Positions 9,775-19,492 of a stretch of 64,000 bases of DNA are shown here, piece by piece (positions within the stretch are counted from its first letter, which is position 1; each line of letters begins with the position of its first letter). Both the position numbers and the translations under genes were made by a program. The notes under the pieces were generated by a model. The model did no database searches, was not told where the DNA came from, and saw nothing but the letters and a program-made list of their open reading frames with translations. The stretch lies in assembly GCA_030697705.1 (NCBI GenBank), contig JAUYPE010000017.1, forward strand, positions 5,066 through 69,065, in the 5' to 3' direction. Source of the stretch: a bacterium (lineage in GTDB: Bacteria; Patescibacteriota; Minisyncoccia; Sungbacterales; HO2-52-23).

Positions 9775-11229
9775 TTACTCCTTTTCCAGATCAAGCACCT
9801 CGTCAATACGGATTTTGGCGACGAATTCCGGCACGTGACTCACGAGAATCATTGCGCCTTCGTAGCGATTCAGTGCCTCGGCAATGACGGGAATGTGGCG
9901 GAAGTTCATGTGGTTCGTTGGCTCGTCAAGCATAAGGAGTCCGGGGCGTTGCAGAACCAGACGCGCAAAGGTGACAAGCCCTTTCTGCCCTTCCGAGAGA
10001 GCGCCGATTTTCGTGCGAATCATATCGGCGGTGATGAGAAATCCTGCCGCTGCGCTGCGCATCTCTTCCTCAACTGGAGCCGCCATCGCCCCCATGAGCG
10101 TGTCGTGCACTGTATCGTCAAAGTTAAGCGTTGAAAAATCCTGGCGGTAGTAGCCCACGCGCGTACCCTCGGTGATACGACTACCCTTAGCTATGCCTTT
10201 GGCAATTGATTCCAATAGCGTAGACTTCCCGATGCCATTTTGCCCTTTCAACAAAAGATGCTGGCGGCGCTTGAGCGAGATAGCAACAGTTTTTTTGACG
10301 GGCTTATGGTTTTTGATAATAGAAAATGAAGTGATGCCGACGATTTCACCGATACTGTCCTCTTGTGCCGGAATAGTGAATCGCCGAATCGCACGGTCTT
10401 CCTTGCGCACCACCACCTTCTCCTCCTCAAGCTCCGCCGCCTCCTCGCGCATGCGCTTCGCCACCAGGCGCATCTGCCCGCCCTTAAACGCAAACCGGTT
10501 CGCCTTGTCTTTATTCTCCTGAATTTTTTTAGCAAGTTGGGCGTTGGCGCGGTTCTCCTTTTCTATCCGCGCGGTAATTTGCGCCACGACGTCAAAATAA
10601 TTTCCCGCATAGTGCTCCAGCCGCTGGGTGAAAGCATCAAGATACAGCACGCCTTCAGTAAACGCGTTCAAAAAATCGGCATCATGCGAAATGACCATGC
10701 AGGTCTTGGGATAGTCAATGAGGAATTGCCGCAGATGCGCGATACCCGCCGCATCAAGATTGTTTGTTGGCTCGTCAAGAAGTAATACGTCCGGCTCCTG
10801 GATAAGCGCGGAAGCAAGAAGTAAACGCGCCTGCTGTCCTCCGGAGAACGACGAAATCAATCGGTCATGCGGTGCGTGGAGATTCATCACCTCAAGCACC
10901 GCATCAATTTTCGGATCAATATCATATACTTTTTTGCTGAAGCATTTTTCAAAAAACCCCTGCACGGTGAGATTCAGTTCTCCGCGCGGCATTGCTTGGC
11001 GCGCCGTTGCAATAGTAAGCCCGCGGGGAATATTAATAGACCCTTCATCAGGTTTTAACACACCGGTTATCAGCCCGAAAAGCGTGCTCTTGCCGGCACC
11101 GTTCTGCCCCATGACGGCAAACTTCGCGCCCTGTCGCAGAGCAAAACTCCCCTCTTTCATGATGAGTTTTTTCGGCCCGTATTCAAATGAAACCGCGTCA
11201 AACCGCACGACGACATCTCCCTGCGACAT
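9775..11229 (-). CDS. ABC-F family ATPase
   Basis: Two ABC domains (GQNGAGKST/FSGGQ/LLDEPTN; GQNGIGKST/LSEGQ/LDEPTNH), no TM. Confidence 0.92.
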   Translation of the reverse strand: MSQGDVVVRFDAVSFEYGPKKLIMKEGSFALRQGAKFAVMGQNGAGKSTLFGLITGVLKPDEGSINIPRGLTIATARQAMPRGELNLTVQGFFEKCFSKKVYDIDPKIDAVLEVMNLHAPHDRLISSFSGGQQARLLLASALIQEPDVLLLDEPTNNLDAAGIAHLRQFLIDYPKTCMVISHDADFLNAFTEGVLYLDAFTQRLEHYAGNYFDVVAQITARIEKENRANAQLAKKIQENKDKANRFAFKGGQMRLVAKRMREEAAELEEEKVVVRKEDRAIRRFTIPAQEDSIGEIVGITSFSIIKNHKPVKKTVAISLKRRQHLLLKGQNGIGKSTLLESIAKGIAKGSRITEGTRVGYYRQDFSTLNFDDTVHDTLMGAMAAPVEEEMRSAAAGFLITADMIRTKIGALSEGQKGLVTFARLVLQRPGLLMLDEPTNHMNFRHIPVIAEALNRYEGAMILVSHVPEFVAKIRIDEVLDLEKE

Positions 11230-11325
11230 GCCCGCCAGCGTACCCTATTTTAAGACAAAGGGAAAGGGAGGAAAAAACCATGTTCCATCTTTATCTGTGT
11301 TCATTATCTAAAAATTCCTTGTATA

Positions 11326-12246
11326 TCAGCGGATTCCCGTATCAACATCAATCATGAGCGTCACGGAGCTATTCGTCTTGATATGGACAAGAATGGGAAC
11401 ACCACTGATCCCCCCAACGCCAACCCCCGGATGCGCCATATCAATCCAATAATCCCCCTCCGGCAAAGTCGCGCTGAACTTTCCTTCCGCGTCCGGGGTG
11501 AGTGTGACGACAAGCGTCTTTTTATCCGGCTTATAGACGAAAACTTTCCGTATGGCAAATGTTTCCGGCGATGGCGTGCAGGGACGGTCAATCCTTTCCA
11601 CAGGGCAGATGGGGCCGATCGTCATCACGCCTTCCAGTGTGCCAGTTTTTGTTGTTTGCGGCTGAACGGAAAAACGGATAGGGATGGAAAGTGAATCCGC
11701 ATATTCGGGAAGTCCGGAGGGATTATCCTTTTCCAAAACGATTGTGCCGGTTTTTGTTGTTGCATTTTCAAATATAAGAGTCGCCTCAAACGGAACGAAC
11801 TCCGTTGTCATCCACTCCTTTTGCGCCTGTGCGGGAATAATGCCGAGTTGCTTTCCATTCGCGTCAAAAATCTTAACCGGAAACGATGCTTCAAAATACC
11901 AAGTCCCCCGCGCCTCTCCTTTCACGATGAGCGGACTCGCCACCACGGTATCGGGAAGCGGCGAGCTCACGCGAATAATATCATTTTCTGTTGGTTGGAT
12001 GACTTCGGGCGGCTGTACCGTTTCCGTAAACGACTTTTCCCCCGCGCGGCATTGGCGCGGATAGGATTCCGCCACCGGAAATCCCAAACCTGCGCATCGC
12101 GCAAAACTGTCTGCCGCCCGAATTTTTTGCCATTGAAACACAAAGCACCAGTCATCCGTGCATGAGAGAATAAACCAGCCTCCAAGGCCGGCAACGACCG
12201 CGAGAACGCTCGTTATGGCAATAGCTAATTTTATTTTCATGTTCAA
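11326..12246 (-). CDS. Membrane-anchored protein with a Gmad2 Ig-like domain and a C-terminal carboxypeptidase-regulatory-like domain
   Basis: ESYPRQC repeat, GEARGTWYFEASFPV..., KDNPSGLPE, IGPICPVE...C. Confidence 0.8.
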   Translation of the reverse strand: MNMKIKLAIAITSVLAVVAGLGGWFILSCTDDWCFVFQWQKIRAADSFARCAGLGFPVAESYPRQCRAGEKSFTETVQPPEVIQPTENDIIRVSSPLPDTVVASPLIVKGEARGTWYFEASFPVKIFDANGKQLGIIPAQAQKEWMTTEFVPFEATLIFENATTKTGTIVLEKDNPSGLPEYADSLSIPIRFSVQPQTTKTGTLEGVMTIGPICPVERIDRPCTPSPETFAIRKVFVYKPDKKTLVVTLTPDAEGKFSATLPEGDYWIDMAHPGVGVGGISGVPILVHIKTNSSVTLMIDVDTGIR

Positions 12247-12264
12247 TTGTAATTATACTTTTGA

Positions 12265-13236
12265 TTAATCGATAATCTCTTTGATGAGCAGATCTTGCAA
12301 TTTCTTTACCTCTGCATCGTCATACATGCTCACGGTCGTTACCAGCGGCGTTAGCTTTTTCATAGACTTGACTATCATGTCTAGTTTTTTTTGGTCGTCC
12401 ATCACGTCGGTTTTGGTCAAAACGACAATTTCTTTTTTTTGCGCGAGCGCCGGATCAAAGCGTTCAAGCTCTCTGCGGACGACGGCATAGGTGTGCGGGA
12501 GATCTTCATGTTCCAATGAAATCAGATGGGCGAGCACTTTCGTGCGTCTGACATGCCGGAGAAATTTATGCCCCAAACCCCTCCCTTCCGCCGCACCTTC
12601 AATGAGTCCGGGAATATCGGAAATGATATAGCCGTGTACCTCGCCGAGATTCGGCTCAAGCGTGGTAAAAGCATAGTCGCCCACCTTGCCCTTGGCATTC
12701 GTCATCGCATTAAGAAGTGTTGTTTTTCCGGCGTTCGGCAGTCCGATCAAACCGATATCCGCAATTAATTCAACCTCAATAAAAAAATCCGCCTCCTCTC
12801 CCGCACTGCCGCGCGTGAATTTTTCGGGCGTCTGATTCGTGGAGCTTTTGAACGACTCGTTGCCCCGTCCCCCATGGCCGCCCTTGAGCAGGAGCACGCG
12901 CTCGCCGTCGTGCAGGAGTGAAATTTTCTCTCCCGTTTTTTTGTTGGTAATGATGGAGCCGACCGGAAACGGTATCTCAAGATCTTTGCCGTCCCCGCCG
13001 TGCGAGTTTTTATTTTTGCCATTCTCCCCCCGTTCCGCTATAAATTTCTTCTCAATCTGATACCGTGCGAGAAGATTGACATTGCGCACCGCCGTCGCGT
13101 ACACGCTCCCTCCTCGTCCGCCATCGCCGCCGGACGGCCCGCCAAATTCGCGATTTTTCTCATGCAACCACCGCACCACGCCGTGGCCGCCGTCCCCCGC
13201 CTTAATATGCAATGTTATCTCATCAACGAATGCCAT
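12265..13236 (-). CDS. obgE: GTPase ObgE (no C-terminal extension)
   Basis: MAFVDE..GDGGHG, GGPSGGDGGRGG, GLPNAGKT, FTTLEPNLG, DIPGLIEGA, TKTD. Confidence 0.97.
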   Translation of the reverse strand: MAFVDEITLHIKAGDGGHGVVRWLHEKNREFGGPSGGDGGRGGSVYATAVRNVNLLARYQIEKKFIAERGENGKNKNSHGGDGKDLEIPFPVGSIITNKKTGEKISLLHDGERVLLLKGGHGGRGNESFKSSTNQTPEKFTRGSAGEEADFFIEVELIADIGLIGLPNAGKTTLLNAMTNAKGKVGDYAFTTLEPNLGEVHGYIISDIPGLIEGAAEGRGLGHKFLRHVRRTKVLAHLISLEHEDLPHTYAVVRRELERFDPALAQKKEIVVLTKTDVMDDQKKLDMIVKSMKKLTPLVTTVSMYDDAEVKKLQDLLIKEIID

Positions 13237-13258
13237 AGATAGTGTGGACATGTATCAT

Positions 13259-13861
13259 TCACCCTTGTTGAACGACATTCAATTCAGAACATGCAAAAAG
13301 ATAAAGGGGATTGAATTTTTCCTTAGGATTAAAGAAGGAACAGAATTGCGTCTCATGAGTATTCTGAAAGATGTCTTTATAACGAACCGTTCCTGTCACA
13401 TAAACTTTAAGTTGTTCAGATTGCACCTGTTGTAATTCTTCAGTATTGAGAGCTCTACCATCAGTAACTCTCATAGCACGTTCTGAGTTTGAGCCAAGCA
13501 TGATTTTTCCATTTTGAGCCATAAAGTCAGATTGTATCGTTGTTGGGGGGGTTGAAATTATGTCTAGGTGTCCTGAAAATTGCATATCTAAAGCAGGTGT
13601 TGTCCCTGCATTTTTTACCAATATTTCAGCAGCCAGCGGGCGGTCTTGATTTGGTAATTCAGCTATTCTTATTGTCTCAATAACAATGTATGGTCGTTGC
13701 GCAATCAGAAAAAAATCATGTGCTTGACTAAGAGATTGAACAGCTACATATGCTGAGTATGCTGAAATAAATACACTAAACAATGAGAAAAGTGCCAACA
13801 ACGTCGAAACTTTATTTTCTGGTTTTTCTATCCACTGCGGGGAGGTAATCTTTTCTTCCAT
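13259..13861 (-). CDS. Hypothetical membrane-anchored protein
   Basis: N-terminal TM, QRPYI, KNAGTTPA, G.VRYKDIF; AT-rich. Confidence 0.75.
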   Translation of the reverse strand: MEEKITSPQWIEKPENKVSTLLALFSLFSVFISAYSAYVAVQSLSQAHDFFLIAQRPYIVIETIRIAELPNQDRPLAAEILVKNAGTTPALDMQFSGHLDIISTPPTTIQSDFMAQNGKIMLGSNSERAMRVTDGRALNTEELQQVQSEQLKVYVTGTVRYKDIFQNTHETQFCSFFNPKEKFNPLYLFACSELNVVQQG

Positions 13862-14213
13862 GTGTGGGTTATTATTCTAGATTCTATGCCCCAGATTTTT
13901 ATACGATCTTCATATTGTAGAAGGGTTATTTTATTTTCGGAATAGCTTAGGCAACAAGGTACGCGTCGGCGAGAGTGTACTGTGAGCACATGGTAAGAAT
14001 GAGGAAAGCATATCATGCTTCTGGCGCGCGGGCTATCTGTTATAGGTAGTGGCACATTGCTACGGTTCATATTATACGCTCACGCAAAGACCTCCAGAAT
14101 ATGTGCCAGCTGTGCATATGAGAATCCGTTTAAAAATGCCCCATGCGAATGCCGGGACATAAATATTGTGCTCTTTGCCAATCTTTCCGAATAAAAATAA
14201 ACCTCCAGAACAT

Positions 14214-14597
14214 TCATGACTCTGGAGGTTGGTAGGTATTTATCCAGCGTCCTCTTCGATATATCTTCTCTTTATCTAAGAAACTTTCCAACCGATACTG
14301 CGCTTCACTCGCTTCACGGATAAGCGTGAATGTTGCCGCAGGCCGGTATCCGAGGTCAAGGTTTGGTATCTCGTCCGGATGCCATCCGGTCATCTCGCAA
14401 ATTTTTTGTGCAATTCTCCTTGTTCGCACAAAGATTCGGCATCCATCCACCGGATCTTGTTCTTCTCCTTCATCGTTAAAAACCAGAATATCGTACACAT
14501 CCACAACCACGACATCGGTTGTGGCGTGGAACAGCTCGCGCACGTGAGCGGGCGTCTCTACCCAAGGAATCCGCATTGCTTGAATCCTCGCACGCAA
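14214..14597 (-). CDS. Hypothetical protein
   Basis: 127-aa ORF with plausible composition; start uncertain. Confidence 0.5.
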   Translation of the reverse strand: MRARIQAMRIPWVETPAHVRELFHATTDVVVVDVYDILVFNDEGEEQDPVDGCRIFVRTRRIAQKICEMTGWHPDEIPNLDLGYRPAATFTLIREASEAQYRLESFLDKEKIYRRGRWINTYQPPES

Positions 14598-14737
14598 GAG
14601 TGACCATGCTATAAAATATACTGAAATATAAATAACATATATTATGGCTACCCGTCAACTCCGCACTATAGACAATATTAGAATCTGTTTTCAAAGTCAG
14701 AATCGCTTATATCCTTATCTCATCACCCTTTCCGATG

Positions 14738-15763
14738 TCAGAGATTTGGTTTGCTGATTTTAGCTTTTATCGGCACTGCGTCTCGGCGGTGCCGTGTAGC
14801 CATTTGTGTAGCGTGTGCCTGAAAACTGTCAAAGTCCCATCGGCTAAAGAAATCACGTCCCGTAGCAACACCCGACTGATAGAGGGCTTCTTTTCGTTGA
14901 GGCGTGATATTAAACTCCGTCGTATGCACGCCAAGCGTGGGAATCGGAATTGTCCGCATGAAATCAGTATCTTTGATATAACGCGCATCGTGCGCTTCCA
15001 TCATGGTTGAGAATAGCGCGCTCAAAAGGGTGATAGGGCCGATGATGGTATGCAATTTTCCTTCTTCCGGATCAACCAATTTAAATCCGAGAGTCGGCCA
15101 ATCCTGATGAAATCCTTTGCCGGGCTCATCCAGAATAAAAAGAGGATAATTGCTTAAAATACCACCATCAACAAGATATGCTTTTTTTTGGTCAGGTAAT
15201 CTTTGTATTATCGGTTTGTAGAAGTAGGGAATGCTCATGCTCATCCTTACCGCAAGAGCCACATTAAGATTATCCGGGTTGATGCCAAAATCCTTCGCGT
15301 CTCCCGGCATAATCAGTAATCGTCCGCGCGAGATGTCTGACACTACCACTTGCAGTTTGTAACGGAATTGGGGGTCGTCGGCATATTCCTGAATCACCAA
15401 ATCGCCGAACGTCTTAATACCCTTTTTAGCAAGAAGTTCACCCATCCAATTTTTTAAAAAATCGCCTTTATACAGGCCCTTGTTAAAGAGAAGATTGATT
15501 GCCGGCCCCACCAAGGGAATCGCACCAATTGCATTGGCATCTTTGAAGCGCAGATAATCGATTTCATCCATGAGTGTTTTTAATTCCGCGGTCGAATAGC
15601 CGGCGGCAACAAGTCCCGCGATAATCGCCCCCGCAGAGGTTCCTGCGAGATTGACAAACTCGTATCCCAATTCTTCCGCCACCGCAACAGCGCCAACCAG
15701 CCCGCTCCCCTTTACCCCCCCGCCCTCAAACACCGCATCTATTTTTTGAGATGGTATGCTCAT
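14738..15763 (-). CDS. Patatin-like phospholipase
   Basis: GGGVKG oxyanion loop, GTSAG nucleophile, DGG. Confidence 0.92.
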   Translation of the reverse strand: MSIPSQKIDAVFEGGGVKGSGLVGAVAVAEELGYEFVNLAGTSAGAIIAGLVAAGYSTAELKTLMDEIDYLRFKDANAIGAIPLVGPAINLLFNKGLYKGDFLKNWMGELLAKKGIKTFGDLVIQEYADDPQFRYKLQVVVSDISRGRLLIMPGDAKDFGINPDNLNVALAVRMSMSIPYFYKPIIQRLPDQKKAYLVDGGILSNYPLFILDEPGKGFHQDWPTLGFKLVDPEEGKLHTIIGPITLLSALFSTMMEAHDARYIKDTDFMRTIPIPTLGVHTTEFNITPQRKEALYQSGVATGRDFFSRWDFDSFQAHATQMATRHRRDAVPIKAKISKPNL

Positions 15764-15833
15764 AAGATTAGACCCCTTTGGGTGGAATAAAAAATCCTTA
15801 TCTTGAAGTTGAGTATATCACACATCAAGCAAT

Positions 15834-15954
15834 TACCGGTAGAAGACGTCCCTGTATGTTTACGAAGAAAATATACGGTTAGAACCTGAAATTTATCCCA
15901 TAGATAAAAGAAAAAGAGCACCTTTCAGTGCTCTCAATCCCAAGGGACTCCGGC
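15834..15954 (+). pseudogene. C-terminal remnant of an older serine integrase
   Basis: (LPVE)KTSLYVYEENIRLEPEIYPIDKRKRAPFSALNPKGLR is co-linear with FPIQTAAKEAQNISTRLEPAKNAIDKKEIGHLYARNPVMLR at the end of the 19493-20182 integrase. Confidence 0.65.
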
Positions 15955-16131
15955 TACTGGATGAAGTTAGAACCTGTTTACTAGAAGGAAGATCGGCTTT
16001 TGCATATAGTTTTGCGGCATAATTACGCCCAACTCTGCTCTGTTAAATTTACCCAAAAATGATCTGCCCCGCAACGACTGAACGCTGCGGGGACTTTTGT
16101 TGAATAAAAATCTGATGACATGAACGAGGAG

Positions 16132-16776
16132 CTATCTCCTGTTGCCTACTCCTTTGAGCACTTTGAACTCAAAGATATAGATACCAAGATGCTCCTTTTC
16201 AGGCGGATAGATGCGCTGGAGCACTTGTAGAGCACCAGCAGGATCATCGGGAACAATATGCCCCGCTTTCTCGTGCTGAAGCATCTCTGAAAAAGTTTTA
16301 TACATGCGCACATCTACCACCTGCACTACCCCAGAAAGCCGTTCGCTCTCCAAGCGGACACTGTCGCCTTTCTGTATCCGCTTGATACTGTCATAGCCAA
16401 CACGCGCCTCCAAAGGTTTTGTGCCTGCCATAATCGCGTTGAAATACTGCCGTTTGACTCGCATCGTCTTCATCACTTTTTCCTCCATAACGAGACCCCA
16501 TTGTTGAGTGATTACGCCGCGCTTGTATGCTTCCGGCATCATGGCTTCAATCTGCCATCCATGATGCTGGAGTGTTTCTACCTCCACACTTGTGGGAACT
16601 GTGTGGGTATAGAGTTTGTGCCCATACTCCCGTAAAAATGACGGGAGTTCTGCCACCAGAGCCGAGAATACCTGAATGTCTTCGGCAACAAGCGGCATTA
16701 GTTTGATGGGCTCTCCTTTTTTGGGAGTTGTGGCGGCAATTCCAAGTACGGTCCCATCAGGAGATTTCGCAACCAG
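16132..16776 (-). CDS. ASCH-domain protein with a 5'-truncated N-terminal domain (possibly GNAT-like); first ATG at 16698
   Basis: C-terminal YFNAIMAGTKPLEAR...IQKGD...Y.TF.EML; frame is open up to the stop of the upstream gene (LVAKSPDGTVLGIAATTPKKG...). Confidence 0.7.
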   Translation of the reverse strand: MVAKSPDGTVLGIAATTPKKGEPIKLMPLVAEDIQVFSALVAELPSFLREYGHKLYTHTVPTSVEVETLQHHGWQIEAMMPEAYKRGVITQQWGLVMEEKVMKTMRVKRQYFNAIMAGTKPLEARVGYDSIKRIQKGDSVRLESERLSGVVQVVDVRMYKTFSEMLQHEKAGHIVPDDPAGALQVLQRIYPPEKEHLGIYIFEFKVLKGVGNRR

Positions 16777-17115
16777 TTAGTCAATGACCTCAACCCGTAT
16801 CCCAACCACCCCATATTTTTGCTCATCCTCATCAGAATAAAATTGCTTTATTTGATTGAGAAGAAACTCCCTGCTTTCTCCGCCAAAAAGAGAAGGGTCA
16901 TGATCGGCAAACAGTTCCCTGAACGATTGATAACGGAGCAATCCTTTCACTCGTGTTTTGACTTTTTTCTCGGGATTTTCATGTGCACTAAACTCAATTT
17001 TATCTCCTATAATGATTTGCTGTCGCTTCTCATCATAGAGGCGCGACTCAATAACTTTCGCATGAGTAGCGATTTTTTCAAAAGGTTCGGATGATAATTT
17101 CATTTGGTACTGCAT
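16777..17115 (-). CDS. ASCH domain protein
   Basis: MKL..EPFEKI....K.IE.RLYDEKRQQI..GDKIEF; Y.SF.ELF; YGVVGI. Confidence 0.9.
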   Translation of the reverse strand: MQYQMKLSSEPFEKIATHAKVIESRLYDEKRQQIIIGDKIEFSAHENPEKKVKTRVKGLLRYQSFRELFADHDPSLFGGESREFLLNQIKQFYSDEDEQKYGVVGIRVEVID

Positions 17116-17237
17116 AGGATTCCGCTTGACTTTGTTGTATCAATAATGATTCAAACAAGATCATCTCTTTCCCCTGCAAGGAAAATCAGTTTTTGCGTAT
17201 GATTTTTGAGTATAAACCTACCCCACCCTGCCACTCA

Positions 17238-17606
17238 CTATATCATTCTCTCCAATACCACAGTCCTGTATTTGCAATCAACTATGGCTTTATAACCAAA
17301 CTTTGATAAGAAGCTGATACCTGCTAACGGCATACTTTCTGATATTAAAACTTGAATGTAATTTAGCACTCCTTCCATCGCCGCAAGTGCAAGGGCTACA
17401 GGGACTTCAATAACCTGACCATTAGCAATTTGTGTTTTAGTTACACCAATAACTTCAAGCCCAAGTTCCTTTGCTATTTTTTGCGTTACTTGTAAATCTC
17501 CAGTAAAACCCGTGTCTAAAACAACAAAAGGGGCTTGCACAGATTGCCCCCAAGCCACGACAACTTTTATGAACGGTATGTTTTCTACAAAGACGCCGCT
17601 TACCAT
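17238..17606 (-). CDS. Clan AA (retropepsin-like) aspartic protease
   Basis: VVLDTGFTG, ANG, PLAGISFL. Confidence 0.85.
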   Translation of the reverse strand: MVSGVFVENIPFIKVVVAWGQSVQAPFVVLDTGFTGDLQVTQKIAKELGLEVIGVTKTQIANGQVIEVPVALALAAMEGVLNYIQVLISESMPLAGISFLSKFGYKAIVDCKYRTVVLERMI

Positions 17607-17609
17607 ATT

Positions 17610-17888
17610 TTATTTATGTTCAGCAAAAGACCCTGCCATTGTTTCAGCCACATCAAATCCTATCTTCACGACATAAAAGACCTTGTGAGGATGATTTTGT
17701 CTAGCTAATTCAAGAGCTTCAGCACTCGTGTTGCCGAGGTATGCTTTTTTGCTATCAATATCAATAGCCAAAAACTTACCCCTTTCTTTGGGATCATAAC
17801 TAACCTTTATCTGCCCATATATTTTAGCCCCTTCCTCGGCAATCTTCTGAATATCTGCCTTTTTAATTAGTTCTTCATTATTATCCAT
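17610..17888 (-). CDS. DUF5678-like small protein paired with the aspartic protease
   Basis: RGKFLAIDIDS..YLG.TS.EAL..AR..HP..FYVVKIG; 3 nt from the protease start. Confidence 0.7.
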   Translation of the reverse strand: MDNNEELIKKADIQKIAEEGAKIYGQIKVSYDPKERGKFLAIDIDSKKAYLGNTSAEALELARQNHPHKVFYVVKIGFDVAETMAGSFAEHK

Positions 17889-18112
17889 AAGGTTTGAAAA
17901 GGTAAGGAGTTAACAATAACTCTACCATAGCACCCATTTATAGAGAATACAACAATGCACCCCACCCCGCGTAGCACCATTTCTCTATGTTTAGGTTATC
18001 CCCACCCCCTCTTGACTCTCAACGCCCAGCAGGTATACAGTGAGCACATACACGCTCCAGCCAGCCGCAAGGCCCGCTGGAGTTTCCCGTTTTTACTGGT
18101 ACAATCAAGGAT

Positions 18113-18689
18113 ATGGCGACCTATTTGTTCATTGACGGGGAAAACTTCAAGGGTAAGGTACGCGCGGTTTTCAAAGACGCCAGTAAGCAACGGCCAGTAT
18201 GGCATGAGTATGACTTTAAGGGTCTTTTGGACAAGGTGCTCAATGGCATTGCCATAGATCGGCAGGTATTCTATTTTGCCAGTATTAAGGAGCACGCGGA
18301 AAGCATGGAGAAGTCAAAGCAACTGATTGAAGAACAACGCCTGCTCAAGACCCATCTTGAGCGGCAGGGTGCGGGGTCAGGTGGAAGACGGCAAGTGGAT
18401 GAGGAAGGTATTGATTTTCAGAGAGAAGGGTGTGGATGTTCGGATTGCCGTGGATATGATGGCTACCGCGTGCGATAAAAAAGCGGATGAGATTATTTTG
18501 GGAAGTTCTGATTCTGATTTACAGCCGGCCATAAAAGAGGTACGAGAGCATGGGGTCAAATGCGTATACCTAGGTTTTGAGACGCAACCAAACAAAGGCA
18601 TCTCTTACAATACCAACCGAACTATTCTCGTTCGCAATTCAGAGATTTTTGAGTTTGAGAAAATAGGTAGCAAGTCAAAAGAGAATTGA
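18113..18689 (+). pseudogene. NYN (PIN-like) domain nuclease, frameshifted at ~18354-18370
   Basis: FIDGEN in the first frame; EKGVDV.IAVD and SSDSDL.PA in the second. Confidence 0.85.
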
Positions 18690-18727
18690 AACAGAAATAT
18701 CCTATAATAATGTGATCACTCGCTTTC

Positions 18728-19147
18728 TTACAATGACGGATTTGCATTGAGGTGATGAAGGAGTTTGTCTATAACCTCATTCTGGGAGTAATTTCCCTTA
18801 ATCATATAGTCAATGGCACCAAGAGCCATTCCTTGCTCAATATCTTCTTTCTGACCACAATTCGTCAGAAAAACAACCGGAATACCTTTGGTACGCTGGT
18901 CATTCTTCAACATGCGCACTGCTTGAAAACCTTCGTGGCTCACAATAAGATCCATGGTGATAATATCGGGCTTTATCTCAAAGACCTTCTCAATGAAATC
19001 ATCTGGTATCTTCTCCAATGAAAAGAAGTCAAATCCTCTTTCCTCAAATATTACTTTGTACATGTCGGTGATGAATACATCTTGCTCAACGAACAGAATC
19101 TTATAGTGATTTTTTGTTTTATTTTCATTCATATTTTTCTTTTCCAT
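18728..19147 (-). CDS. Single-domain response regulator (CheY-like)
   Basis: KPDIITMDL, IPVVFLTN, GAIDYMIK. Confidence 0.85.
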   Translation of the reverse strand: MEKKNMNENKTKNHYKILFVEQDVFITDMYKVIFEERGFDFFSLEKIPDDFIEKVFEIKPDIITMDLIVSHEGFQAVRMLKNDQRTKGIPVVFLTNCGQKEDIEQGMALGAIDYMIKGNYSQNEVIDKLLHHLNANPSL

Positions 19148-19150
19148 AAC

Positions 19151-19492
19151 TCAAAGTGGTAATCGTTTCCAGCCGTTCCAATCGTCCTTTCGCGCATCCT
19201 TGCCGTCACCCTCATAGAGCATCCATTGTCCAGTATACTTGCGGGTGTCTGTATTTGCCACAATACCACCGAATACTTTGCGGCCTTTCTTTTTCAATCC
19301 AGCGATATATGCCCGCAGACCGTCTGACTTTGATGCGAAGTCCGTCAAGTGTATGCCATGCGGATCAAAAAGCCCGATACTTCCGTCTTTTATCATTACG
19401 ACAAAATCAACATAGAATGGCGCTTGATCATCTTTTGGCCCATACTGCACGGCAAGGAATACTGCGTCGCGGTCTCCGTTTTTGAACCACCA
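19151..19492 (-). pseudogene. C-terminal endonuclease fragment of a Type III restriction (Res) subunit
   Basis: WWFKNG...FYVDFVV..KDG.IGLFDP...K..GL..Y; N-terminus lost at the junction with the integrase fragment. Confidence 0.7.

Noticed and set aside
14738-15763. Patatin as a CBASS CapV effector
   Set aside because: No CD-NTase or other CBASS genes nearby; it looks like a stand-alone patatin.
19349-19492. ORF-track N-terminus of the integrase (and 19493-19693 for the Res fragment)
   Set aside because: Each is antisense read-through of the other gene fragment across a deletion junction.
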